Part shown: positions 40,820 to 55,300 of the stretch, in pieces
Layout of the letters: every line of letters begins with the position of its first letter
Numbering within the stretch: position 1 is the stretch's first letter
DNA from: Eledone cirrhosa
Taxonomy: Eukaryota
DNA length: 64,000 nt
NCBI GenBank assembly: GCA_964016885.1
Contig: OZ024740.1
Location: forward strand, 302,250,001 to 302,314,000
Direction of reading: 5' to 3'
Position numbers and translations under genes: made by a program
Notes under the pieces: generated by a model
Seen by the model: the letters and a program-made list of their open reading frames with translations, nothing else
Told to the model about the DNA's origin: nothing
Database searches by the model: none

Positions 40820-42200
40820 GGATTAACACTATAGACGAGAGAGCCCAAATTCTCCACTCAGACTATGCTAAACCCATGGCCTCCAAATACCTGATACTCA
40901 AAAGCTCAGCAATGTCCAGTAGTGCTAAGTTTAATATTCTGATCGCAGATTTGGTACGAGTGATGAAGAATGTGTCCAGCATGTGCGACCCAACAGAAAT
41001 GGAAGGACACATCCAACACTTCATCAACCGCATGCAGTTCTCTGGCTACAACCAAAGAGACAGAGTCAGAGTATACGAAGGAGCCATGGAAAAGTATAAG
41101 ACCCTCATAGAACTGGACATGAAAGGAACTTGCCCACTATACAGGAGCAAATCATGGAATAACTTAGACAGGGCTAGACATAAGATAGGGAAGGCCACAT
41201 CATGGTACGACAACCAGAGATATCAGAGTGTCATGTTTGTGGACGCCACCCCTGGAGGGAAATTAGCTAACCAGTGTAGAAAGGCCCTGAGAAAGACCCA
41301 CTTAAAAATAAAGGTGGTAGAAAAGCCAGGAACCACCATAAAATCCCTGATCAGCAAAACCTACCCTTTTAAGAAAACCCACTGTACCAATAGGAAATGT
41401 ATCATATGTAAGGTGAACCCCCGGATAAACTGTAAAACCAGAAACGTAGTCTATAGCATAAGATGTACAGAGGGTACTTGCAGAAACACGACAACAACAT
41501 ACATAGGTGAGACAGCTCGTAGCATAGGTGAAAGGATAGACCAACACTGGGGGGAACTAAAAGGACGAAAAAACGGGTCAGTACTATACGAACATGCTAG
41601 ACAACAACATGACGGTAACATAGACAACATAGAAATTAGAATAATATCTAAACATAGGAATGACCCAGCAGATAGGCAAATCAGAGAGGCCAGTGAAATA
41701 GAAATTAGAAGACCAAAGCTAAACAGAAAGAATGAGTGGAACAACAACAACACCCAAACAAACAACACTGACCTAAGAGAAGTATAAATAAATAAGTAAA
41801 TAAAATAAAATAAAATAAGATAAATAAATACATACACAAGCACATAAACACACACTAGTCACCCAGCAGACACAACACTATACACACTAGTCACACATCA
41901 CACATAACACTATACACACACGCAAACGCATGCGCAAAGAAGACAAAATAAAATAAGATAAACAAACAAGCAAATAAATAAATAAACATACAAAAAAAAA
42001 ATGGCGTAGACATACAACACAACAGGAGGAACAATGAATATAACACCACTGACGATGTTGCAGATGTGCAACGAAAGATTTATGTAAATTATGTAAACTA
42101 TATATATATGTGTTTGTCTATATTGTATCTGTATTATTTTTGACCGCCGGTCAGTCAATGGCAACATTGAGGACCGAGTAAGTTAGATCGCAGATATATA
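40820..42200 (+). mobile_element. 5'-truncated Penelope-like element with an HHR-like core at 42049-42082
   Basis: ORF 40876-41787; CUGACGA U GUUGCA GAUG UGCAAC GAAA GAUU UA; ends at (TA)n. Confidence 0.85.
40876..41787 (+). CDS. Penelope-like RT C-terminus, Cys-rich linker and GIY-YIG endonuclease (N-terminally truncated, 303 aa)
   Basis: SGY, CTNRKCIIC, NCKTRNVVYSIRC..C, YIGETARSIGER..QH, RQIREA..I..RPKLN. Confidence 0.88.
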   Translation: MASKYLILKSSAMSSSAKFNILIADLVRVMKNVSSMCDPTEMEGHIQHFINRMQFSGYNQRDRVRVYEGAMEKYKTLIELDMKGTCPLYRSKSWNNLDRARHKIGKATSWYDNQRYQSVMFVDATPGGKLANQCRKALRKTHLKIKVVEKPGTTIKSLISKTYPFKKTHCTNRKCIICKVNPRINCKTRNVVYSIRCTEGTCRNTTTTYIGETARSIGERIDQHWGELKGRKNGSVLYEHARQQHDGNIDNIEIRIISKHRNDPADRQIREASEIEIRRPKLNRKNEWNNNNTQTNNTDLREV

Positions 42201-42298
42201 TATATAAAAGACAGCGAGAAGCGAAAACCAACCAAACAGTGAGTGTGTTCTGTTATTAATTCTGGCAATATTACGCAAATATGACCCTCCCCAAATAT

Positions 42299-42896
<598 letters not shown>

Positions 42897-42898
42897 TG

Positions 42899-44532
42899 TA
42901 AGGAAAAGCAAAGTAGTTTCAGATGTCCAAGTCCTGGTGATGGAAACCCATGACACTGGACGGACATAATAGTAACTTTCAGCAGGATAAATACGCGGAA
43001 ACAAAAAATAAGATAAACCCCTATTTTCCTGCACCAAATAGCATTTGAACAGAAGCCCCCTCAATTCAATCTATACATTGACAGATTGACAATCATATGG
43101 ATCATTTTGCATATATCTACTCTGTGTTTTTGCATTTATTCATTATTGGTTCTTTTCTTTTGTGTACTTTATGTCTGTTTTTCTTTGGTTTTGTTCCATG
43201 TGATGGAAATTATGACAGTGTACCAGATTGACTACTGCCTTGAATACTGTAGGTTACCCTCCGCTCTAATGTACGGCACTGTCGTTCAATATGTGGGTAG
43301 AGTAACTGTGACATTAGAACCCCTCTCATAACTTCTTACTTAAACATCTCTCTCCATAATATTTACTCACTTCAATCTATATTTTTTTACTCACCTCAAT
43401 CCGGATTCTCACTTGAAAGATTTTTTAATTTCTAATTGTTAATTTTTTAATTGTTTAATTTATAATTTCTGATATTTGATTTAGGATTTTAATTTTTATT
43501 TCCAACTCTCCCTCTTAACTTCCAATGTAAAACCATGATACCTAGAACTAAGTTTATTCTCCCTTATGAGTTGATGGTCAGTCGTACTGTCCACGCTTGG
43601 TGAGAGGTAGTATTGTGACCTGTAAAAACTAACACTATCCCATCCCCTCTGGCTTTCGGCTAACTGCCACAGTCGGGATGGGTAGCAGTAAACTATGGTA
43701 CAGGCCTAGGTGGGCCATTGTTTGGCTGAGAGGGTGAACTGACTAAGCGAATTTCGTTGAAATCTGCGGTAGCTAATGGTCAACTTCCTTCGGACATGCG
43801 CCTGCGCAGACCGGTGGGGGTGAATTGGTACTCACAGGGGAACGGATGAAGAACCCAAAAGAACACACTTCATCCGTTCCCATGTCGATTCAATTTGGAT
43901 TGCCTCGGAAACATAACCTTATTATGTAACAAGCTGTCTGATGATGTCACGACACTCGCACACAGAACAGTGTGGCCAGTGTCGTCATTGAAATATATAC
44001 CACAGCATTATTATTATAGGGCGGTGAATTGGCAGTATCGGTAGAGGGTCGGACGCCATGCTTTGACGCATAGATATACGGCCCTTGCCATTCTGAGTTC
44101 AAATCCCGCCGAGGTTAACTTTGCCTTTCATCCTTACGGGGGTCGATAAAATAAAGTACCAGTAATACACTGGGAAATTGCTGGCCTTGTGCCAAAAGTA
44201 GAAACAATTATTATTAAAGGACACTAGGGCGGTGGATTGGCAGTATTGGTAGAGGGTCGGACGCCATGCTTTGACGTATAGAGTTACGGCCCTTGCCATT
44301 CCGAGTTCAAATCCCGCCAAGGTTAACTTTGCCTTTCATCCTTACGGGGTCGATAAAATAAAGTACCAGTAATGCACTGAGTAATTATTGGCCTTGTGCC
44401 TAACGTAGAAACAATTATTATTAAAGGACTTGAACATCTGAAACTACTTCGCTTTTCCTTATTCGATATTTACTCCGTCACTCCTATGTGGAAAAAGTAC
44501 GTTGAGTGCTTGAATTGAATTGCATCAATATT

Positions 44533-44540
<8 letters not shown>
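42899..44540 (+). mobile_element. PLE-like non-coding insertion: inverted tail fragment at the 5' end, structured body, HHR-like motif (43933-44006), tail interrupted by a SINE dimer
   Basis: 42899-42935 is the reverse complement of 44425-44461 (2 mismatches); bounded by (GA)n and (TA)n. Confidence 0.55.
44019..44423 (+). mobile_element. Two head-to-tail tRNA-derived SINEs
   Basis: A box tggcagtat(c/t)gg, B box gagttcaaatccc, core gcctttcatccttacggggtcgataaaataaagtaccag, (ATT)n tails. Confidence 0.92.
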
Positions 44541-44582
<42 letters not shown>

Positions 44583-44590
<8 letters not shown>

Positions 44591-45005
44591 AGATCAAAAG
44601 ATGGTTAAAGGAGTTCCATATATTTTATTATGCGCATTTCAAAAACAAACATCATCATGCAATAATATTTGTGTTTTCATCAGATAAAACAGGAGAACAT
44701 GATGTGAAGGCTAAAAAACACTTGTGGATAGTGCAGTTTTAAATCAACATATGTTGATTTAAAACTGCACTATCCACAAGTGTTTTTTAGCCTTCATATC
44801 ATGTTCTCCTGTTTTATCTGATGAAAACACAAATATTATTGCATGATGATGTTGTGTTTTTGAAATGCGCATAATAAAATATATGGAACTCCTTTAACCA
44901 TCTTTTGATCTTATATTATGCATACTCCAGTCCTACAAACTTTAGAGTGCTTCTTATCCGATATCTGCATTGCTTTATTGTACTACAATAAAACTCACCT
45001 CCTAC

Positions 45006-45009
<4 letters not shown>
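44583..45009 (+). mobile_element. Second fold-back copy with no spacer (centre 44750/44751); HHRs at 44812-44879 (+) and 44623-44689 (-)
   Basis: caacat|atgttg centre; same tail as 42689-42778. Confidence 0.88.
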
Positions 45010-45051
<42 letters not shown>

Positions 45052-45377
45052 AAAAGTAAATAACAACAACAAAGAGTACAGTTACGAAAGGTGTTAGATA
45101 TTAGGTTCACGCTTGAGAGTGGGGGATCGGGTATATACATATATGTATATATGTTTGTGTGTGTGTGTGTTGTGTGTCTTATACAGAGAGAGAGAGAGAG
45201 GGGGGGGGGGCATCAGAGAAAAAGAAGGCCATTAGTATTCGAGATTTAGATTTAGATATGACATAGGGAGGTGAGTCAATATATAGACAAATACTAAACC
45301 CCTTTGGGTAGATAGATATACAGATAGATAGATATGTATGTATTAATAAAGAAACATAGCTATCTATCTATCTATCT

Positions 45378-48300
45378 CGGATTCTGTCTAACACGTGGAA
45401 AACGCGCTGTGAGTAAATGTTTTAATTTCATTGGAAATTGCATGAACTGAATCTACATTCTTACACCATTTTGTAGATAAGCTGCCACCCTACACTTTGT
45501 AGGTGGTAGCAACCCCAAATAATAACCCCATCAGGGCGAAAAACGGAGAAATTCCACAAAATTTCTACCGGAATTTTGAATATAGGCAAAATGGCCAAAT
45601 TCTTTGACCTCATCATCACAAAAAAACACATCAGAGAATTGTGGAGACGGGCTGTTAATATCACCTTCCACAGCACTAGTAGCAGGTGAAGGCTGACTGC
45701 CTGCTGCTATCACGAACAACAACAACAGTAACAACAACAGCAACAAAAACAGCAACAACATCAAATCTGTCAGCCAACAATTAGACAGAGGTGGTGGAGG
45801 GACGGTAAAACTGTCAAGCCAAGAAGCAGCTCGCACCGCCTCGTTGAAACACTTCGATATGTTTAAAACCAACCCTGACAACAACACCAGCACCACCAAC
45901 ACGAAAACTGTGAATGGCACAAACCAAAACAACGCCATCAACAACAACAGTGACAACGAGAACAAGAACAACAACGACAACAAAACCACAACCAACAACA
46001 ACAACAACACCAACAACGGAAAAAACGAAAACAACATCAACAATAAGAACAATAATAACAACAACAAGACCAATAACTGCAACAAGGAAGTAAACGACAA
46101 AATATGATTTGCACAAACCGTAAAGAAAACGTTAAGCTACACTCCGGTAGATATTTCAAATTCAAATGAGCTTTTGAATAACGCCAGACAATATGTAACT
46201 TTTGGGAGAACTCTCCCCCAGATTTGCGAAGAGAAGCTGCCTTGAAAACTGTGATCTTCAGGACAATCTCAAATAAAACACGAACACCGACTCAACTTTC
46301 ACAAGGCGAAATTGAGTTGGCTTTAAAAAATGCCTTAAAAGACATTGCTTTTATTCAGAAGGGTAGACTCTACGGGAGTTTATCCATTCTAATGAAAGAC
46401 CAATTGACGGCACATAAATATTCTGTGTCGCCAATTGTGTCACCGCTGTTCAACTTTTTCCCCACTTACAAGGGGAAAAGGACACAGAAAATAAAAATCC
46501 AAAGTATCACACCAAATATTGACATTTGGTGGGTACTATGTGGATTTTTAAACCACGAAACAGACTATATAATATCGGTAGGTAAGCCCTCCGTCGACCT
46601 GTTCAGCGGAACTAGTCTGGAAGTCTAGGTCCAAATGACACCAGAACGAATAGGTAGGATCCCGGAACCTGTGTTGCTGAATAGGCATTTATACATAAAC
46701 ATTTCGGTCGAGGGTAGGCGGCCCTCGAGTTACCACTGCTCAAGCAGGGGTCACCTGAGAGCTTCCTGTCCTCCGCTAACTAGCCAAAAAAAGGCACTAC
46801 TGCCAACACCTGCAACACCAGCACAACAATCAGCACCACCACCACCACCACCACAACAACATAAAAAAATAGTGACAACAAAACAAACGGCAAACACAGT
46901 CCCCCCCCCACCTAAAACAACTCCAGAAACACCCTCACACATAACAGCTCCCCAAATCGACCCCTCCCCAACAACACGGATGAAGCCTCATCATCGTCAC
47001 CCAGTGACGATGAGGGTAAGCCTTTCCGACCAGTAAAAAGAAAAAAAGAAAAGACATAACACAAACAAAAATGCAACAAACACACAAACACCAACACAAG
47101 CGACGCAAACACCACAAACAAAAACACCCCCTCCTGAAAACAAAATACCTACTACAAAACGTAAACAGACACAAGAACCACAGACAAAAAGCAACCCAAT
47201 ACAACAAAAATTATTACACCTACATAAATACTAACAATAAAACTTTAACAGACACCATATTAAAATGTTTTCCCACCCCCACCCCCATACACTCTCTTCC
47301 CACCACACATCTCTGTCCCCACCACTCCAGAGACCACCACCCCACCAAAAAGCCCCTCCAACACCCCCATGGAAATTGTGCAGCCTGGTCCCCATGAGAC
47401 AAAGAGGTGAGTGATTTCTTTTCCTCTTCTGTTAAATTTTCAGCACCAACATGGCCAATATAAGAGTTGGATGTGTGAATATACACGGCCTGGGGATGCC
47501 CTGGAGACAGGGCAAACTCTTAAACGACCTCAGGTCGCACAGCATGGATGTAGCCATTTGCGAGTCCAGGATCCACAGCGAGCGACAACTGGCCCCCATC
47601 TTCGACGACTTTGAGATCTACGCATCTCTCTGTCAGCCGGGAGGTGGGGGTGGGGTTGCCGTTTTGCTGCGGAAACACCTGGACCTCGTAACACAGACGG
47701 TACATCTGGACCCGGAGGGTCGACTGGTGGTCCTAGACGTTGACGGTAGTGAAGGTGGAGCCTTCAGGCTGGTGGCCGCATATGCCCCATCCGGGACACC
47801 GCGGCCAGACTTCTTCAAACGTCAAGAGACTTTTCTGGGAACACCCCGCTCCCTGCTGTTAGTGGAGGACTGGAATGGAATCATAGATGCACGTTGGGAC
47901 TATGTGGGAGAATGTCCCGATAGAAGGGGGTGTAACAGCCTCAAACAGTTAATCGACCGATTTGACCTGGCCGATAGATATCGACTAGATTTGCCGACTG
48001 TGCCACAGTGGACGTGGACTAAAATCAGCGGAACATCTAGATCGTACCTAGATAGGGTTCTAGTTAGAAATGAGGATAGGGACATGTTAAGCTGTCCACA
48101 AATGTTCATGGTTGCCTATTCATATCACAAATTAGTGACCTGCTTAGTCAACCTTGACAAAACCCATAGACAGGGACCCAGCTAGTGGAAGCTGAACTTG
48201 TCGCTACCGACATGCAAAGCCTACAGTAGACGGATTAGCACTTTAGTTAAGCAGCACTTGACGGGGGCCATTGTCAACAACAGATGGTGGTACTCTCTCA

Positions 48301-50200
48301 AGAGGGCAGTTAGATTAGACTCGATAGGTTTTAGTAAAGAATTAGTGTTAGATAGTAATAAGACCGAAAAGGAACTGGTAGATAAAGTAGAAGAGGCACT
48401 GAGGAGTGTCAACGTAGCCAGCGTGCTAGCGACGGGAACGGCCTTGGACCAGTTCTTCGAAGCAAAGCATGAAGGATGCGTTGTCAGAAGCAAAATACGT
48501 GCTCTGGGAAACGAGGGAGCCAAAGCTGTTAGCTGGGCCCGAGTGACGGAGGCGAAAAGTGACACCAAGTCCACGATTCGGTCTTTGAAGGACCAAGACG
48601 GACACGTGATACGTGAGCCGAAGCAAATGTGCGCGGCCTTTCAGCGGCACTTTTCTCAACTGTTCGGGCAGGGCGGCGCGCCAGGAGGGGCTATGGATTT
48701 CGGTTCATACCTCGACGGCCTACCGCGACTCTCGGACAGCGAGGCGAAGTTCTGCGAAAGGCCGATTTCGGCCGCTGAGATAGGGGACGCGCAGAGACAA
48801 TTCGGCAAACGCAAATCTCCAGGTCTCGACGGTCTATCATACGAATTTTACGTAGCAATGCCGGACTTGTTCTCCGGTCTCCTGGAAGCAGTCTACTGCA
48901 ACTGGCAGCAGAACGGGAGAAATCCCAATTCTGTGTCCAAGGGCGTAATCACATTAATCAGGAAGGAGGAGAACAAGAGGGATGACATAGGCAACTTCGA
49001 ACACATAACTCTGCTCAACACAGAGTTACAGATTTTGGCCATGGTGTTGGCAAAGAGGCTGGCGCTTGTCGTCGAAAACCTGGTGGGAGAAGCGCATACG
49101 TGCGCAATCTCGACCAGATCCATGCACGACAACCTCCACCTCATGCGATACATCATAGAGAGGGTAGCGTGTAAACCCGGCTTCGGTGGGGCCCTGATCA
49201 ACTTCGATCAGTCTAAGACTTTCGATCGGGTTGACCATCGTTACCTGGATGCGGTGCTCGGGGCGGCAGGCTTCCATCCCGTGTTCAGGGGCTAGATTGC
49301 TGCAATGCACAACAGCAACAACTGCTCAAGGGTCAAGGTGAACGGCTACCTTTCGGAGCCGTTCCATATCACGCGATCCATCCGACAGGGATGCACTCTC
49401 TCCTCCCTTCTGTACGTACTGACGCTCGAGTCACTACTGCGGAAGTTGGAGCTATTGCAAACAAAAATGCAACAAACTATTGCAAACTATTGCAAGCTAC
49501 CGAGGAGCTCTACCAGTTCGAGACAAGCTCTAGAGACACGGGCGCCCGGGTAGGAACCCTTCGAAAAAGATCTGTCCGAGATGCGTGCGCGACGAGGAAA
49601 CCGTCGCACATGCATTTGTACACTGCCCGGGCGTTACCGACCTGTGGGGCTATGTAGAACGACTATTGTCGCGGGTGGGACCAATCCAATTGACCACCGA
49701 ATCCATTGTCATGATCAAACCGCCACCCTCCTTCAAAAACGAGGGAGAAGCGGTTTTCCTATGTGTTATGGCTATGGTGAAAGAGGTTATATGGTGGACG
49801 AGGTTAAAAGGGCTGAGGTCAGACACCTTTCTCTCCGGCGAGCAACTGATTCGTTTTTTTCAAATATCATTTTGGAAGAAGAATCAGAATGCAAATTTTA
49901 TAAAAGGTGGGTGAATGTGGGAAAGATGGCCCGAGTGGTTGGGCCTTCTCTCTATATAAGCCTGTATGTTGAGGAAAAAGAGGAAGAGAGGAGGGGAGTA
50001 CTCACTCCTGGTGCTCCTGGAGATGAGGGTTGTACATTTTTTCGGGGTGTGTACAACCCCTGTGTAACACCTCCCCACTATGGGGGATTTCAATTGTTAT
50101 TTGTTATTGTATTAATAGTTTTATTTTCATATACCTGTATGTAAACTCCCCATTTGTATTTGTCCCATTCTTTTGTGCCCTTGTGGCTAATAAAGAAATG
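45378..50200 (+). mobile_element. Decayed Tx1/L1-type LINE (broken ORF1 45844-47397; broken ORF2 47451-49914 lacking ~1 kb including YADD)
   Basis: Colinear with the intact neighbour; ORF2 jumps from LLRKLELL (~49455) to the HGRPGR region (~49535). Ends aataaagaaa followed by (TATC)n. Confidence 0.92.
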
Positions 50201-50473
50201 TATCTATCTATCTATCTATATATCTATCTATCTATAGATTCAATCTAGCTGTCGTCTGTTCTACAGTGTGGATGTCATTCACTTCGCACAGAAGTTTTGT
50301 TCAAATTTATTGAGGAAATTTTGTGAGTTCAAACTTAATTTTGATACAATTGTGTAGCTTGACCCTCCGTCTGAACTGTCAGGCGGTGGGTCAGCTCATC
50401 TTTACCCCTCCTAGAGGTGAAAAACCTGTTTTAAAAAAAAATTTGTGTAAAAAATTTCAATCGTCTAACAGAA

Positions 50474-52351
50474 ATGTTAAACGCAGCGAACGAAAATAGT
50501 GGTGGGGGGACAGCGGTAAGAGTTGTAAGCACGCACGCTTTAGTCCTCCCTTCCTTCCCAACTAACGTCATAGAGAAGGAAGGAAAAATGAAAATAAAAA
50601 CGGACGAATCTGCGGAGGAAAAATTAAATGACGAAAACAACGAAAAAAAAAAATTTGAAAAATTGCATGACAATACTAATAACACAAACAAAGACACAAC
50701 AAACAAAAAAATAACAGTTGAAAATAACATCATATCAGAAAACAAAGCAGACGACAAGATTTCTTTTGCACAGAAAACAAAGAAATCTTTGACTTATATA
50801 GCGGAAAACATTTCAGATGTGGTACGAAGGATCACGGACGCAAAACAATACATAAGTGAAGGTGAGAATGGTATTTTATTGGTAAAAATGCCTCAAGAAT
50901 TCACGAAAGACATTGAAAGCCGAACGGTCAAGTTTCGGACCATCAACAACAGTACAAAAAAACCTGAACAGCCTTCTCAAGCAGATATCAAAACAGTACT
51001 CGCAGAAGTACTGAATGAAACAACTTTCATAAGAAAAGACAGACTGTATGGAAGCCTAGCAATTATCATGAAGAACGAATCGGCGGCAAAAAAATGTGCT
51101 TTGTCACCGATTCGTTCGAAAAATTTCACCTTTTATCCATCTTATATGGGAAAAAAAACTCAACGCATATGGCTGGATGCAATGATGCCAGATGTGGACT
51201 ACTGCTGGCTCATAGCTGGCTTCATCGATCCAGTGAATGACAACGTGATTTCCATTGGGAAAACCACAGGCAATGCGTTCAGTGGAACAGGTATAGAGCT
51301 GGTAGTACAAATGAAGCCTGAACGCATCGCCCAAATACCCGACAGAATCCTATTAGAGGACCACGGGTATATAAACATTAGCGTGGAGGGGAGAAGGCCG
51401 TCCTGCCATATCTGTGCAGGCAGAGGGCACCTGAAGGTCGCTTGTCCACAACTCAACAAAAAGAAAACTCTGCTACCAACACCAGCTCCACCACCACCAC
51501 CACAACAGATAAACAAACAACAAAACTCAGTCCCACCCAACCCGTCCCTCAGTAACACCACAACACCACCACAACACAAACAGTCACAACACATTACCCC
51601 AAAACAAAATACAGGCCCACCCAACCTCTCACTCAATAAAACAACACAACCACCGCAGACACAACACACAACACAGTCTAACATAGTGACATCCATCTCC
51701 CCCACAAAGAAAACCAACACGGAAACATTACCAGCAAACATACCTCTTCCCTCCAACACTGAAGATAACCCAACGAATTCGGAGGAAGAAACGGAGTCCT
51801 TCAGACAGATTAAAAGGAAAAAAAGAAAACATGTGCAAAACACACAAGGACAAACAACCCCCACCCAAATCGCAACACAATCTAACAAAACAGAAAACAC
51901 CCCTCCAGCAACAAACAAAACCAAACCTGCCCCTCCCCTCTTCGAAACACTCACACCATCGGAAAAAAAGACATTACACTATACTTACATCAACAGAAAC
52001 AATAATAAATTAAATGAACTCATATACAATAATCCTTCGGTACAAACCGAAGGTGTAAACTTTGTTTCATCAGAAAACCACCCACATTTAAAACTAATAA
52101 AAATCCCAATGAACCTCTACCAAAAACTAAAAAAGGATTTTAAGGAGGACGTAGGACCACCCTCTGTCAAACCCATAAACCGCGTCCTACTAAAAAGCTT
52201 TCCCCCTCCCCTTCCCCTCCCCAACACAACTCCAAACACCCCAACCCCACCACACACCGACGACCCCACACCACCACAAGACACCCCTTCACCCAACACC
52301 CCCGACCCCATGGAAGTCGTGCAACCCGAACCCCGGGAAGCGGAAAGGTAG
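50474..52351 (+). CDS. LINE ORF1 protein with a CCHC zinc knuckle and a P/T/Q-rich tail (625 aa)
   Basis: CHICAGRGHLKVAC; lies directly upstream of ORF2; homologous broken copy at 46-47 kb. Confidence 0.9.
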   Translation: MLNAANENSGGGTAVRVVSTHALVLPSFPTNVIEKEGKMKIKTDESAEEKLNDENNEKKKFEKLHDNTNNTNKDTTNKKITVENNIISENKADDKISFAQKTKKSLTYIAENISDVVRRITDAKQYISEGENGILLVKMPQEFTKDIESRTVKFRTINNSTKKPEQPSQADIKTVLAEVLNETTFIRKDRLYGSLAIIMKNESAAKKCALSPIRSKNFTFYPSYMGKKTQRIWLDAMMPDVDYCWLIAGFIDPVNDNVISIGKTTGNAFSGTGIELVVQMKPERIAQIPDRILLEDHGYINISVEGRRPSCHICAGRGHLKVACPQLNKKKTLLPTPAPPPPPQQINKQQNSVPPNPSLSNTTTPPQHKQSQHITPKQNTGPPNLSLNKTTQPPQTQHTTQSNIVTSISPTKKTNTETLPANIPLPSNTEDNPTNSEEETESFRQIKRKKRKHVQNTQGQTTPTQIATQSNKTENTPPATNKTKPAPPLFETLTPSEKKTLHYTYINRNNNKLNELIYNNPSVQTEGVNFVSSENHPHLKLIKIPMNLYQKLKKDFKEDVGPPSVKPINRVLLKSFPPPLPLPNTTPNTPTPPHTDDPTPPQDTPSPNTPDPMEVVQPEPREAER

Positions 52352-52384
52352 GTCTCTACACTCTCCTTTGGCTCTGCCGCCCAC

Positions 52385-55300
52385 ATGGATGTGTTAAGAG
52401 TAGGATGTTTGAATGCACGTGGCCTGGGCTCAACTTGGAAGCAAGCAAAGCTTCTAAATGACCTCAGGTCATGTAGTATAAATGTAATGGTTATCTGTGA
52501 GACTCGAATCAGCGTCATGCGGCAGCTGGCCCCCACCTTCGATGACTTTGAGGTGCATGCATCTCTCTGTCAACCTGGAGGTGGGGGTGGGGTTGTCGTG
52601 CTGCTGCAAAAACACCTGGGTCTTGCCGTACAGGTTGTGCACTCGGACCCGGAGGGTCGTTTGTTGGTGCTAGACGTTGGCAGTAGTGAAAGTGCGGCCT
52701 TGAGACTGGTCGCCGTCTACTCCCCTTTCGGAGCTGAACGGCCCGACTTCTTCCAGCGTTTGGAGACTTTTCTGGGAACGTCGCGTTCCCTGCTTCTAGC
52801 GGGGGATTGGAATGACATCCTGGATGCACGTTGGGACTATGCAGGAGCATGTCCTAATAGAGGGGGGTGTAACAGCCTCAAGGGGTTACTCGACCGTTTT
52901 AACTTGGTCGATAGATATCGACTAGATTTTCCAACTGTGCCTACCTGGACTTGGAGAAACCACAGTGGTCAATCTAGATCGTACTTAGATAGATTCTTAG
53001 TTAGAAGTAAGGATAGGGACATATTAAGCTGTCCAGAAATGCGCACGGTTGGCTACACGGATCACAAATTAGTGACCTGCGTGGTCAATCTCGAGAAAAC
53101 ACATAGACAGGGTCCCGGTTACTGGAAACTTAATTTGTCTTTACCGGCAAAAGAGACTTACAGAAACCGGATTAGCAGATTAGTTAAGGAGAGGTTGACG
53201 GGTGCAATCGTCAACAACCGATGGTGGGCATCTCTCAAAAGAGAGATTAGAACAGAATCAATAAGTTATAGCAAGATGTTAGCTGCCAATAGGAATAGAA
53301 ACGAGAAAGAATTAACAGGTAAATTAGAAGAGGCAATCAAGAGCGAAGATGTGGCCAGAGTGCTGGCATCGAGGACGGCCTTGAACCAGTTTTTCGATGC
53401 AAAGCATGAAGGCTGCGTCATTCGAAGTAAAATACGTGCTCTAGGTAATGAGGGGGCCAAAGCCGTTGGATGGGCCCGCGTGACAGAAGCTAAAAGTGGA
53501 AATCGATCCACCATCCGGTCGTTGCAAGACGAAGATGGACGAGTGATCCGGGAGCCTAAGCAGATGTGCGAGGCCTTTCAAAAGCACTTTGCCCGATTGT
53601 TCGGGGGAGGCGAGGGTCCGGGCCGGGGCGTGGATTTCGGTCCATACCTCGACGGCCTGCCGCGTCTCTCGAACAAAGAGGCAGAGTCCTGCGAGGGACC
53701 AATCTCGGCTGATGAGATCGGAGATGCGCTGAGCCAATGCAGCAGACGCAAATCTCCAGGTCTCGATGGTATACCTTACGAACTTTATTTAGCAATGCCG
53801 GTCTTCTTCTCCGAACTCCTCGAAGCGGTCTACTGCAATTGGCAGCAGAACGGGAGAATTCCTTGTTCTGTAGCCAAGGGCGTAGTCACGCTGGTGAGGA
53901 AGGACGAGAACAAGGGGGATAGTATAAATAATTTTCGGCCCATAACCCTGCTAAACACAGAGTTAAAGATTTTGGCCAAGGTGTTAGCAAAGAGGTTGGC
54001 GCTTGTCGTGGGTGGCCTGGTGGGAGATGCGCAGACATGTGCTATCCCATCCAGGTCCATTCACGATAACCTCCACCTCATGCGATACATCATAGAGAGG
54101 GTTGGCAACAAACCCGGCTTCGGTGGGGCCCTGATCAACTTGGATCAGTCTAAGGCCTTCGATAGGGTCGACCATGGTTACCTGGATGCGGTGCTAGCGG
54201 CGGCTGGGTTCGGTCCTGTTTTCAGAGGCTGGATCACTGCCCTACATAGCAACCACATCTGTTCTAGGATCAAGGTGAACGGCTACCTTTCGAAGCCGTT
54301 CGAAATCACACGATCCATTCGACAGGGGTGCCCTCTCTCCTCCCTTCTGTACGTATTGACTCTCGAGCCTTTACTGAGGAAGTTGGAGTTGTTGCAGGGT
54401 ATCCCCCTGGAACCAGGATTGAGCAAAGCGGTGTCGGCCTACGCCGATGACGTAACAGTAATGGTATCAACCGACTCGGAGATCGAGGCGATCGGTACCT
54501 TACTGGAGGAGTACGAAAGGTTGTCAGGAGCGAAACTGAACCGGGAAAAATCCATCGGGCTGCAACTCGGAACGTGGAGAGGCAAACCGATGCCTCCTGA
54601 CGGTGTCGTCGGACACTGGACGGAGGGCCCGGTAAAGTTGCTTGGGGTCTGGTTTGGACCGGACCTCCAGGTGGAAAAGAACTGGAACGAGGTTACGAAC
54701 AAGCTGTTTGCACTAACCCAGAAATGGGCCAAGTGTAAGCTGTCCCTAAAAGGCCGGGCGGAGGTGGCGAACATTTACATAGCGTCCGTCACTTACTACC
54801 GCCTGACTGTCGTGCCTTGCCCTAAGGAAACACTCACCATCATGGAACGCATGCTCTTCCAATTTCTTTGGAAGAAGCGTCCTCCTATGGTGAGAAGATC
54901 CATCTGCTGCCAACAACCTTCGAAAGGAGGGCTGGGGATGCCGTGGTTGATGATGCGTAGGCACGCATTAAGGCTACGGCACCTACAGGTATTCCTCACT
55001 GGTCAACCGGTGTGGGCTCCGTTCGTGAAACGAGCCTTTCCGAGACTCGTCTCACTCACCGAGCTACAGTCCTGGGTCAAGCAAAGATCCGGAAAACTGG
55101 GAGACTGGCACACTGAGTGTGCTCAGGCGCTCAGGGCTCTCTGGCAAGCGGGCCGGGCCATCGGTGGAGAATCCACCTCATCATTCTATAGAGGGCTGGT
55201 GGCTAGCAGGGGCGATGACACCCTTGGAGAGTCGCTGGACATGGAAGAAGACGAACTGGCCAGCCTGTTCGGTAGGACTTTCGGCCCAGGACCAATGGAC

